Below the pieces are notes generated by a model. It ran no database searches and was not told where the DNA came from. It worked only from the letters and a program-made list of their open reading frames with translations. Source: an uncultured Gammaproteobacteria bacterium (GTDB taxonomy: Bacteria; Patescibacteriota; Microgenomatia; Daviesbacterales; UBA10151). From it: 13,157 nt of DNA. Positions 1-7,545 of the stretch are shown one piece after another. The DNA lies in the NCBI GenBank assembly GCA_964522265.1, contig CAZFVS010000009.1, positions 5,819-18,975 on the forward strand, given 5' to 3'. The translations under genes were made by a program, and so were the position numbers. Position 1 is the stretch's first letter. Each line of letters opens with the position of its first letter.

Positions 1-2
1 TA

Positions 3-1079
3 GGATCCATTTCGCTATTTATTTTTAACCTAAGACTTGTTTCAGCCGCTCTTTTAGAAAGAAATTTGCATTTCAATAAATTAGTCATAGCCGAAATAGG
101 AGAACTTCTGATGCGTCAAGTTCTGACTATAATTCTGGCTTACTTGGGTTATGGTGTTGCTAGTTTTGTTTGGGGATTACTGGTGAGCCGATTAGGAGGG
201 TCGGTATTTTATTATATTTTATATCCCTGGAAGATGAAATTTCGCTTTTCCTTTGCTGATATAAGACCTTTCCTGCCTTTTGGAATTCCGTTTCAACTGA
301 GTACTATAGCAAACAATGTAGGCGGGATAGCAACTCCCTGGATAGTGGGTGGTGAAGGGACGAAAGCCTTAGGGCTTGTTGGTTGGGCTGGGGGTACCGG
401 TCAAACAGCGGTGTCTATTAGTGATACAGTCAGTAAGGTAATATTCCCGATTTGTGCAAGAGTCCAACATCACAAGAAGCTTGTGATAAGCAGTATCGAG
501 AAAGCGGTTCACTTTACCAGTCTTATGACTTTTCCGGTTGTAGCGATGATGTTTGTTTTGGCTGAACCGATAACTTACATAATATTTACAGCTAAATGGA
601 AAGACGGGATACCGGCTCTGTATGTCTTTACTCTTTCTTCGGTATTTATCTCATTTAGCCATTTGTCCAATTTTATTCTGCTTGGTCTTGGTAAATCACG
701 GATAGTCAGAAACATCTCAATATTAAACGGTTGTCTGCTTTGGTTGTTGGCAATTCCTCTGGTAAGGTATTTTGGTTTTATCGGTATGGCCTGGGCAAAT
801 TTACTAGTTTACCTAACATCAATAATTGCTTTTAGGGAAATAAAAAAAGTAGCTGATATTAGGATAATTACTTTTATTCTTCCGTATTTAATGTTTTCAG
901 CCGTAGCAGGAATAGCTACATTTCTGTATGTTCTTAAATTTCCAATACACAATTTTTTGGAACTTAGTCTGGCTGTGATTTTTGGATTTTTGCTGTATGC
1001 AATACTGGTTGGGATTTTTAGGCTGAAGCTAATTCTTCATGATGCCAAACAAATTTATGACCTTCTCAGGAAAGAATGA
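3..1079 (+). CDS. Polysaccharide/oligosaccharide flippase of the MOP superfamily (Wzx/PST-like), 5'-truncated by the window edge. Only the C-terminal ~359 codons are present.
   Basis: The track starts this ORF at TTG 66, but the same frame (codons from nt 3: GSISLFIFNLRLVSAALLERNLHFNKLVIAE...) has no stop back to the edge. The LLERNLHFNKLVIAEI segment resembles the conserved central (Q/E)R.L.F..L motif of PST/Wzx flippases. The rest is a run of hydrophobic helices typical of the Polysacc_synt_C half. TGA stop at 1077-1079. Confidence 0.7.
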   Translation, partial: GSISLFIFNLRLVSAALLERNLHFNKLVIAEIGELLMRQVLTIILAYLGYGVASFVWGLLVSRLGGSVFYYILYPWKMKFRFSFADIRPFLPFGIPFQLSTIANNVGGIATPWIVGGEGTKALGLVGWAGGTGQTAVSISDTVSKVIFPICARVQHHKKLVISSIEKAVHFTSLMTFPVVAMMFVLAEPITYIIFTAKWKDGIPALYVFTLSSVFISFSHLSNFILLGLGKSRIVRNISILNGCLLWLLAIPLVRYFGFIGMAWANLLVYLTSIIAFREIKKVADIRIITFILPYLMFSAVAGIATFLYVLKFPIHNFLELSLAVIFGFLLYAILVGIFRLKLILHDAKQIYDLLRKE

Positions 1080-1101
1080 AGTTTACTGTCATTTCAGAAA
1101 G

Positions 1102-1123
1102 CCCCAGCTTTTTAAAGCTGGGG
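1102..1123. terminator. GC-rich palindromic hairpin 1 (CCCCAGCTT/AAGCTGGGG stem, T/A loop), 23 nt after the flippase stop. Possible terminator, or a member of a small palindromic repeat family.
   Basis: Positions 1102-1110 pair perfectly with 1115-1123. It shares the 12-nt core GCTTTTTAAAGC with hairpin 3. No clean U-tract follows on either strand, so intrinsic-terminator function is uncertain. Confidence 0.4.
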
Positions 1124-1139
1124 ATGAATGAAATTATGG

Positions 1140-1159
1140 ATTCCCGCCTTCGCGGGAAT
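1140..1159. repeat. GC-rich palindromic hairpin 2 (ATTCCCGC-CTTC-GCGGGAAT).
   Basis: 8-bp perfect stem (1140-1147 with 1152-1159) and a 4-nt loop. It lies in noncoding DNA between convergent genes, and its GC content is far above the surrounding sequence. Confidence 0.5.
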
Positions 1160-1171
1160 GACAGGAAGATG

Positions 1172-1191
1172 CACCGCTTTTTAAAGCGGTG
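1172..1191. terminator. GC-rich palindromic hairpin 3 (CACCGCTTT/AAAGCGGTG). It is the first hairpin met by transcription leaving the minus-strand GT2 gene. Possible terminator or repeat-family member.
   Basis: Positions 1172-1180 pair with 1183-1191. The core GCTTTTTAAAGC is identical to hairpin 1, while the outer stem bases differ but stay complementary. Confidence 0.4.
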
Positions 1192-1237
1192 TAGATTCAT
1201 TGTTTGCCAAAGGACTAGTTAATTTCTCAGGATTCAT

Positions 1238-2017
1238 TCAGCCTTTCTTCTTACTGTCTTTGGCCAAAGCCTGGAGTTCCCAGATTTTTACCCATTTTAA
1301 AAAATGGTAAATCAAAAAAATAGAAGTTAGCACAAAACCCCTCACTCCTGATTTATAATCTTTAAACTCTTTTTGGCGGATCCAGAAGTTATAAATCATC
1401 GAGCCGGGTATTGTTAAAATACCTGCTCTTGACCCTTTTAAATACATGATTTTAGCCTGGTCGTCTGTGTACTTGTTAAATTTATATATCAGACCAGAAA
1501 TACTGCGGTGAGAAAGATGAATTATTGGAGTTTTGAGCTGCCCGATTTTGCCATTTATGATGATTCTTTCATGCACAGCAGCTGGAGTAACCCTCCCAAC
1601 TCCCCGTTTGAAGATTCGAGGATGCCCCCCGGAAAGAGTGGGTGTTAAAGGCTTACCTAAAAAAAATTGGTGAAAATAGACATTATAAGCGCTGTAATCA
1701 CTTTTTTTAATTGCATTGATAATTTCTCTACTCAGGTTAGCAGGTATTCTTTCATCGGCATCAAGCATTATGATCCAGTTACAAGTTGCTTTATTTAAAG
1801 CATATTGTTTTTGTTTACCTAAAGTTTGGAGTTTGTGCAAAAAAACATTTTTGGTATATTTTTTTGCAATTTTTACTGTGTTATCATCACTGAAATCATC
1901 CACCAGAATGATTTCATCAACCCAGAACAAACTTTTGAGAGACCCTGCGATTACATCCTGTTCGTTTTTAGTAATGATAACAGCCGAAATTGACGGATGG
2001 TTTGATAAAGGTCTCAC
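1238..2017 (-). CDS. Family-2 glycosyltransferase, WaaE/KdtX-like (beta-glycosyltransferase of the cd02511 type).
   Basis: The N-terminus ISAVIITKNEQDVIAGSLKSLFWVDEIILVDDFSDDNT is the classic GT2 Rossmann start. It has the LDADE (DxD-type) motif. The C-terminal KFNKYTDDQAK...GVRGFVLTSIFLIYHFLKWVKIWE tail is typical of WaaE-like enzymes. The start is GTG (plus-strand CAC at 2015-2017), and the frame upstream has no other start codon before the divergent wzm-like gene. Confidence 0.85.
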   Translation of the reverse strand: MRPLSNHPSISAVIITKNEQDVIAGSLKSLFWVDEIILVDDFSDDNTVKIAKKYTKNVFLHKLQTLGKQKQYALNKATCNWIIMLDADERIPANLSREIINAIKKSDYSAYNVYFHQFFLGKPLTPTLSGGHPRIFKRGVGRVTPAAVHERIIINGKIGQLKTPIIHLSHRSISGLIYKFNKYTDDQAKIMYLKGSRAGILTIPGSMIYNFWIRQKEFKDYKSGVRGFVLTSIFLIYHFLKWVKIWELQALAKDSKKKG

Positions 2018-2060
2018 GGAGGTAAGTTTTGCATAGATTGGTAGTTTTGTAAAGAAAAAA

Positions 2061-2900
2061 ATGGATAAAAATTATGACCTGGAAGAAATAATTATTGAAC
2101 CCAAACCCAAATGGATGCTTTTGAAAATTAAAGAGCTGTGGGATTTCAGAGAACTTTTTTACATTTTTGTCTGGAGAGATTTAAAGGTACGTTACAAGCA
2201 AACAATTCTGGGAGTTATGTGGGTAATTTTCCAGCCACTTATCACAGCGGCTGTTTTTTCATTATTTTTCGGAAGGTTGGCAAAAATGTCGTCCGGTAAT
2301 CTGCCGTATGAATTATTTGTATTTATAGGTTTAGTTTTTTGGATTTATTTTTCAAGTGCACTGTCCAATGCGAGCAACAGCATGGTGGAGCATGCCAATA
2401 CCATCAAAAAAATATATTTTCCCAAAGAAATTTTACCGATATCAGCTGTTATTACAAATTTTCTTGATTTTTGCATAAATTTTTTTATTTTAATAATATT
2501 ATCCTTGTACCTCGGTTATATACCTTCTAAAATTATTTTCGTTCTGCTGCCTGTTTCTGTTGTAATTATTTCTTTGGCTGCTTCGGGACTTGGATTGTTT
2601 TTGGCGTCTTTTAATGTAAAATATCGGGATGTCAGATACATTTTACCTTTTTTTATACAGCTTTTACTTTTTCTAACGCCTGTAATCTATCCGTCATCAT
2701 TTTTCAGGCCATCCCTGCAATATTTTTTCGGGTTCAACCCGCTAACCGGTGTCATAGAAAATATGCGGTTAGTTTTATCAGGCCGAAATCCAACGGATTG
2801 GAGCCTGGTTTTTATCTCAGGAACATCCGCAGTATTTTTGTTTATTGGAGGTTTGGCTTATTTCAGATCAACTGAAAGATATTTTGCCGATTTAGCATGA
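2061..2900 (+). CDS. wzm: ABC-2 type polysaccharide/teichoic-acid exporter permease (Wzm / TagG / KpsM family).
   Basis: The 279-aa protein has about 6 hydrophobic helices. The conserved N-terminal segment LWDFRELFYIFVWRDLKVRYKQTILGVMWVIFQPL is characteristic of ABC-2 glycan exporters. Its stop overlaps the ATPase start (ATGA at 2897-2900). Confidence 0.88.
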   Translation: MDKNYDLEEIIIEPKPKWMLLKIKELWDFRELFYIFVWRDLKVRYKQTILGVMWVIFQPLITAAVFSLFFGRLAKMSSGNLPYELFVFIGLVFWIYFSSALSNASNSMVEHANTIKKIYFPKEILPISAVITNFLDFCINFFILIILSLYLGYIPSKIIFVLLPVSVVIISLAASGLGLFLASFNVKYRDVRYILPFFIQLLLFLTPVIYPSSFFRPSLQYFFGFNPLTGVIENMRLVLSGRNPTDWSLVFISGTSAVFLFIGGLAYFRSTERYFADLA

Positions 2901-4177
2901 AACCTCTTATTGAGATTTTTAAATTATCAAAATGCTACAATTCAGTTTCCCAAAAAGATTCCTATGTAGCCCTAAGAGATGTTATACCTAATTTCATAAA
3001 ATCTTCGTTGCAGTTTAAAAAAATTCAAAAGAAATATTTTTTTGCTCTAAGGGGTATCAATTTAGCAGTTAATGAAGGGGATGTTATAGGCGTTATTGGT
3101 GCAAACGGCGCCGGCAAATCGACTTTTTTAAAGATTTTGGCCCGGATTACTCCTCCCACTTTCGGAAAAGCCATCTTAAGGGGAAGAGTGGCATCATTGC
3201 TTGAAGTAGGGACAGGTTTTCATCCGGAGCTGACCGGAAGAGAGAATGTATTTTTAAACGGTACTCTTTTAGGTATGACCAGAAGAGAAATTAGGCAAAA
3301 ATTTGATGATATTGTAAATTTTTCCGGAGTTGAAAAATTTCTTGATGCCCCGGTAAAGCATTATTCAACAGGCATGCAGTTGAGGTTGGCTTTTTCAGTA
3401 GCAGCGCATATTAATCCTGATATTTTGCTTGTTGATGAGATTTTGGCGGTTGGAGACGCTGACTTCCAGAAAAAAACATTGGCAAGAATACGCGATATTT
3501 CTGTCAGAGGGAAGGCGATCATTTTTGTTTCCCATAATTTATCCGCTATTACATCACTTTGCAATAAAGTTGTTCTTTTGGAATCGGGCCGTATGGTAAA
3601 AATCGGTAACCCGGCAACAGTTGTCTCAAGCTATTTGAAAAAATCCGGAGTTATAACGACAGCAAAGTTACCGGCAAACAGTTATTATGCGAACAGTTTT
3701 ATCCACATATTAAAAATCTCAGTTTGCAGCAGTGAAGGTAAGACTTTTAAGTCATTTGATATCACGAAACCCTTAAATATAGAGATTTGTTATCAGATAA
3801 TAAAGATGAATGTATGGTTTACCTGTCATGTTTTCGTTACCGATATGTCGGGAACTCTGCTGTTCCAATCCCCCGAAGATGCCAGCGGAGACCCGGCTTT
3901 TGCTCCAAAAACGACCGGTACGTATAAAAGCACTTGTATTATTCCGGGGAATTTCTTGCCGGAAGGGTTATTTTCTGTGAGGATTGTGATAGCTCCTTCT
4001 TTAATACTTATAAAAGAAGCAATTGATATTAGTAATGTTATCACTTTTCATATACATGACAGTTTAAGGGGGGATTCAGTAAGAGGAAAGTTGTCAATGA
4101 TATTATCCGGAGCTGTCAGGCCAAAATTTGCCTGGAATAGGATAAAATTAACAAAACCTGCTTCAAGTTTTAAATGA
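2897..4177 (+). CDS. wzt: ABC transporter ATP-binding protein for glycan export (Wzt / TagH family) with an additional ~165-aa C-terminal beta-rich domain (Wzt_C-like).
   Basis: Walker A GANGAGKST (nt 3098-3124), signature YSTGMQLRLAF, Walker B ILLVDEILAVGD and H-loop FVSHN are all present. Residues ~262-426 (nt ~3680-4174) extend beyond the nucleotide-binding domain. The gene is coupled by ATGA overlaps at both ends. Confidence 0.9.
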   Translation: MKPLIEIFKLSKCYNSVSQKDSYVALRDVIPNFIKSSLQFKKIQKKYFFALRGINLAVNEGDVIGVIGANGAGKSTFLKILARITPPTFGKAILRGRVASLLEVGTGFHPELTGRENVFLNGTLLGMTRREIRQKFDDIVNFSGVEKFLDAPVKHYSTGMQLRLAFSVAAHINPDILLVDEILAVGDADFQKKTLARIRDISVRGKAIIFVSHNLSAITSLCNKVVLLESGRMVKIGNPATVVSSYLKKSGVITTAKLPANSYYANSFIHILKISVCSSEGKTFKSFDITKPLNIEICYQIIKMNVWFTCHVFVTDMSGTLLFQSPEDASGDPAFAPKTTGTYKSTCIIPGNFLPEGLFSVRIVIAPSLILIKEAIDISNVITFHIHDSLRGDSVRGKLSMILSGAVRPKFAWNRIKLTKPASSFK

Positions 4178-5748
4178 CCCAAGAAAAAATTAGTGCCAAA
4201 CAAAAACTACCCGGATTATTTATTGGGATTTGTACAGTTTGCCTGATTGCAGTTTTTTTGTATAGCGGGGTTTTAAATGCTTATTTTGTAAGTGAAGATT
4301 ATGAATGGTGGACCAGGGTGCGGAATATTGATTTAATCAACTCTTTCCGGTTATTTTTACCACCAATTTTGGGTGGTATATCTTTACCACCATATTTTCG
4401 GCCCCTGGTTGGTTGGACTGTTTGGTTGGATACAGTTGTTTTTGGGATGACTCCTTTGGCATCCCATATAACCAGCTTAATATTTCATTTAATTAATATT
4501 GCCTTGGTTGGAATAATTGGTTTTTATATTTTCAGAAAATCGATCTTAGCCGGCGTACTGGGTGCACTTTTTTTTTCCGTTTTTCCCTTTCATCCTGAAG
4601 CTGTAGTTTGGAGTATAGGCGGTAGGAGTGATGTAGTAATGGCTACTTTTTATTTATCAGCTTTCCTCGGTGTCATGAAGTATGTTGAATACAATAAGAG
4701 AACTTTTGTAATTCCGATTTTAATATGCTTTCTGCTGGGATTATTATCTAAAGAAGCTGCTGCGACCTTTCCTCTTGCGGTTTTGGTTTATCTTCTTTTT
4801 TCAAATCAAGGAAGCATTCACGAAAAACTATCCGCCCAGAAAAATTTGTTAGTGATATCGGTTGTGGTATTTATAGGTTATTTTGTTTTCCGTAGTGTGG
4901 TACTGCAGACGATTAACCCCTATCAGGCGGTGAAAATGATAAGCAGTTTTACTCTGGGCAGCATATTTCAATTATATCTGATTCTATTATTGAGCAGCTT
5001 ACTCTTTAGAAGTATTCTTAACCGGATGGTGCCAAAAAATCTGGAATGGATAAAGAATAAAATATGGTATTTATGGATGCTGATAGGGATTACATTTTTG
5101 CCGACTTCCTATTTGGTTACACAAGAAAGGCAGTTGTATTTACCCTCAGCTGTTTCCGGCTTGTTTCTATCGGGGGTTATTTTCATAATTTATAGTTATA
5201 TAAAAGGCAAATCAGTTTTAATCAAAACATTTTTTATTATTTCTGTCATCTCTGGTTTGGTATATAGCGGCCAATTGCTTTACCAAAGAAATGAAGTCTG
5301 GAAAAATGCAGGAAATATTGCCCAGTCTATTGCCGGCCAGCTTGCCGATCAATTAGCGGAAGTGGGCACCGATAAAAAAGTTTATTTTGTCAATGTACCG
5401 GACAGCGTTAATGGGGCATATATTTACCGGACTCATCTTCAGCAAGCGGTAGAGTTTTTGTTAAACAGGCAAGGGCCACAGCTTATTGTTACACCGGAGC
5501 TTTATGGTACAGACTCAAAAGTTTACTACATATCCCCCAGAAATATCCGGGTCGAAAACGAACAGGGTTTTGTGATGTATTTGGCTAACAAGGATAGGTA
5601 TGGGAGGTTTGTAAAAGAAACCCCGGACTATTATGCGACCTTATTATCAAAAAAGTTATTAAATATAGAGATTAAGGATCAGGATTTCAGTAAAAAAAGA
5701 AACCTGGTTTATTTTTTAAAGAATGGGAAAATAGAATTATTGGAATAA
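4174..5748 (+). CDS. Polytopic membrane protein, GT-C-fold glycosyltransferase-like (TMTC / PMT_2 / DUF1736-type), with a ~150-aa non-TPR C-terminal soluble domain.
   Basis: An acidic first-loop motif (VSEDYEWW) follows TM1. The motifs YFRPLVGWTVWLD...HITSLIFHLINIAL...FHPEAVVWSIGGRSDV...LLSKEAAATFP match the conserved loop and helix pattern of bacterial TMTC-like GT-C proteins. ATGA overlap with the wzt-like gene. Confidence 0.62.
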   Translation: MTQEKISAKQKLPGLFIGICTVCLIAVFLYSGVLNAYFVSEDYEWWTRVRNIDLINSFRLFLPPILGGISLPPYFRPLVGWTVWLDTVVFGMTPLASHITSLIFHLINIALVGIIGFYIFRKSILAGVLGALFFSVFPFHPEAVVWSIGGRSDVVMATFYLSAFLGVMKYVEYNKRTFVIPILICFLLGLLSKEAAATFPLAVLVYLLFSNQGSIHEKLSAQKNLLVISVVVFIGYFVFRSVVLQTINPYQAVKMISSFTLGSIFQLYLILLLSSLLFRSILNRMVPKNLEWIKNKIWYLWMLIGITFLPTSYLVTQERQLYLPSAVSGLFLSGVIFIIYSYIKGKSVLIKTFFIISVISGLVYSGQLLYQRNEVWKNAGNIAQSIAGQLADQLAEVGTDKKVYFVNVPDSVNGAYIYRTHLQQAVEFLLNRQGPQLIVTPELYGTDSKVYYISPRNIRVENEQGFVMYLANKDRYGRFVKETPDYYATLLSKKLLNIEIKDQDFSKKRNLVYFLKNGKIELLE

Positions 5749-5749
5749 C

Positions 5750-7492
5750 ATGTTTTTACTGATTCTTATATTAATTTTAGGGGTGGTTGTCAGGTTATGG
5801 GGAATAAATTTCGGTTTGCCGTATATTCAACATTTAGATGAGGGGGGGGTAACATATACTGCTTTTTTTGCAGCAGCCAACCACCTTAAACCGGATATGT
5901 ATTTTCATACAACCTTCCTGCCGTACAGCTTGATATTGTTATATGGGGTATATTATTTATTCGGGTTAATATTCCATTTATGGGGGTCGACCCAACAGTT
6001 TTTTACTGCATTTTTAAAAGATCCGAGCATCTTTATTCTGATCGGTCGAATGATTACTGTTATGATTTCGGTGGCTTCTATAGTATTGATTTATTGGATT
6101 GGTAAGAAACTTTACGACTACAAGATAGGTTTAATATCTGCATTATTTTTAAGCCTAGCATTTCTTCATGTACAAGAGTCACACTATATCAAAGAAGATG
6201 TCATGATGGGGTTTTTTGGTTTGTTAATCTACTACAATTCTTATCAATTATCCCAAAAAGGTAGGTACAGAAATTATTTATTGTGCGGGCTGTTTCTGGG
6301 ATTGTCCTTTGCGCTAAAGTATAATTTTTTTGTTTTTTTGCCGGTATTTATTGTCTCCCATCTGCTGGTCGGTTTTCAATCAAAACATAAATGGTTGTAT
6401 CTAAATTTAAAATTTCTTACAGCGATTTTTATTGTAGTTACTCTTTATTTTTTTATAAATCCCTACGTATTAATTGATTGGCACAAGGCAGTTCGGCAGC
6501 TTGATTATCAAAAGGAGCTTTCGATTGTCCAGTGGGTTAGTTCTGAAGGTCAACCTGTTTGGGTTTATTACATAAGCCATCATTTACTAAACGGAATCGG
6601 TTTTCCCTTGCTAATCTTAAGTGTTTTAGGAGTTTTTTATTCTGTTTTTGGTAAGAAAAACACAAAAGATATTCTTTTAGTTACGACGCCTGTCTGTTTT
6701 TTCCTCTTGATCGGGATAGCTGGAGGCACAAATTTTTCCAGATATGTGGTGATGATTATTCCTCAGCTGATGCTTATTGCTGCTGTAATGATAAATCGAT
6801 TGGTAAATATGATCAACCAAACGCAACCTAAAAAGAATTTTCTGCTCTTTTTTGCCAGTATTCTGGCAGTTATTCCGTCAGCTATTTTAGTCATTAAATT
6901 TGATTATTACCTGAGCAGTAATGATACGCGCATATTGGCTAAAAATTGGATAGAAAAGAATATACCTGCCGGTACAAGACTGGTTAACGAGGGGGCTGCC
7001 AGATCGCAGATCTATTCGGCAATCGGACCGCCCCTTTCCATGGACCAGGAATCAATAAAGAAACTTATTGCAGAGGTATCCGGAAAGGGCTTAGATATCG
7101 GATCACTTCTTGCGCTGTCATATGCGACTCAAGATAGGGTTGGTTATAACTTAATTGGTACTCCCAGGATGGATTATAAATATAATCCTGATTCAGGTAG
7201 TTATAGTACTCTTTCGTCGGTTGATGAATATGTTAAAGGAGAGTACTGCTTTTTAGTTTTATCTAGCTGGGCTGTTAAAAACAGGCAAAAATATAACCGG
7301 GATTTTGAAACTTCAATCAATAATTCATATTATTTGTATAAAGAATTTTTGCCTTTTCCTGAGCTGAACGAAGATCTCATATGGAATGTTGATTATAATA
7401 ATCTGGTTCGTGTCAGAATATTCGACAACAGAATTACTTCTGGTCCGCGGATTAAAATCTTTAAACTTAAGGATAACAAGGGTTGCAAGTAA
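5750..7492 (+). CDS. Polytopic membrane protein, ArnT / GT39-like GT-C glycosyltransferase (lipid-carrier-dependent) with a C-terminal soluble domain.
   Basis: The N-terminal RLWGINFGLPYIQHLDEGGV motif (LP....DE in the first extracytoplasmic loop) is typical of PMT_2/ArnT-like enzymes. There are at least 10 hydrophobic helices and a soluble tail from about residue 385. The start lies 1 nt after the preceding TAA. Confidence 0.68.
   Translation: MFLLILILILGVVVRLWGINFGLPYIQHLDEGGVTYTAFFAAANHLKPDMYFHTTFLPYSLILLYGVYYLFGLIFHLWGSTQQFFTAFLKDPSIFILIGRMITVMISVASIVLIYWIGKKLYDYKIGLISALFLSLAFLHVQESHYIKEDVMMGFFGLLIYYNSYQLSQKGRYRNYLLCGLFLGLSFALKYNFFVFLPVFIVSHLLVGFQSKHKWLYLNLKFLTAIFIVVTLYFFINPYVLIDWHKAVRQLDYQKELSIVQWVSSEGQPVWVYYISHHLLNGIGFPLLILSVLGVFYSVFGKKNTKDILLVTTPVCFFLLIGIAGGTNFSRYVVMIIPQLMLIAAVMINRLVNMINQTQPKKNFLLFFASILAVIPSAILVIKFDYYLSSNDTRILAKNWIEKNIPAGTRLVNEGAARSQIYSAIGPPLSMDQESIKKLIAEVSGKGLDIGSLLALSYATQDRVGYNLIGTPRMDYKYNPDSGSYSTLSSVDEYVKGEYCFLVLSSWAVKNRQKYNRDFETSINNSYYLYKEFLPFPELNEDLIWNVDYNNLVRVRIFDNRITSGPRIKIFKLKDNKGCK
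5842..5849 (+). repeat. G8 homopolymer tract inside the GT39-like CDS (codons gaG GGG GGG Gta, encoding E31-G32-G33-V34).
   Basis: Counted directly: aggggggggt at 5841-5850. It is the longest G/C run I noticed in an otherwise AT-rich window. Confidence 0.9.
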
Positions 7493-7512
7493 AGTGTAAC
7501 CTTGTTTAGTAG

Positions 7513-7545
7513 TTGAAAGCCTTTGTTCGGTAATGCTAGTATAAT
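7513..7545 (+). promoter_or_regulatory. Candidate sigma70-like promoter in the only sizeable gap of the plus-strand cluster.
   Basis: TTGAAA (7513-7518), 18 nt spacer, TGcTAGTAT (7534-7542), overlapping a perfect TATAAT at 7540-7545. It lies 15-20 nt upstream of ATG 7561. This rests on motif matching only. Confidence 0.3.

Noticed and set aside
66-68. TTG at 66 given by the track as the start of the first ORF
   Set aside because: The same frame is open back to nt 3 with no stop, and the upstream residues (LRLVSAALLERNL) continue a conserved flippase segment. The gene is therefore edge-truncated and does not start at 66.
1102-1191. Hairpin cluster as a MITE or mobile element
   Set aside because: I saw no terminal inverted repeats flanking the cluster as a unit, no target-site duplication, and no transposase anywhere in the window. 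Only the short direct 8-mer gattcatt occurs at 1194-1201 and 1231-1238, which is too short to interpret.
1124-1222. 32-codon ORF in the convergent spacer (MNEIMDSRLRGNDRKMHRFLKRCRFIVCQRTS)
   Set aside because: It is read straight through hairpins 2 and 3, so its sequence is dictated by the palindromes. It has no RBS and is Arg/Cys-rich, unlike the neighbouring genes. It is most likely a translation artefact of repeat DNA.
1716-2036. Track ORF 1716..2036 (+), 106 aa
   Set aside because: It lies antisense to, and almost entirely inside, the well-supported GT2 gene. It has low-complexity Ser/Leu/Phe composition and no recognisable motifs, so it is a shadow ORF.
3361-4044. Track ORFs 3361..3564 (-) and 3826..4044 (-)
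   Set aside because: Both are antisense within the Wzt-like ATPase gene, whose Walker, signature and H-loop motifs confirm the plus-strand frame. They are shadow ORFs.
4568-4576. A/T homopolymers: T9 at 4568-4576, T8 at 7643-7650, T8 at 10904-10911 and A9 at 11114-11122
   Set aside because: These are expected by chance in AT-rich membrane-protein genes, from Phe (TTT) and Lys (AAA) codon runs. They are much weaker phase-variation candidates than the isolated G8 tract, so I noted them but did not promote them.
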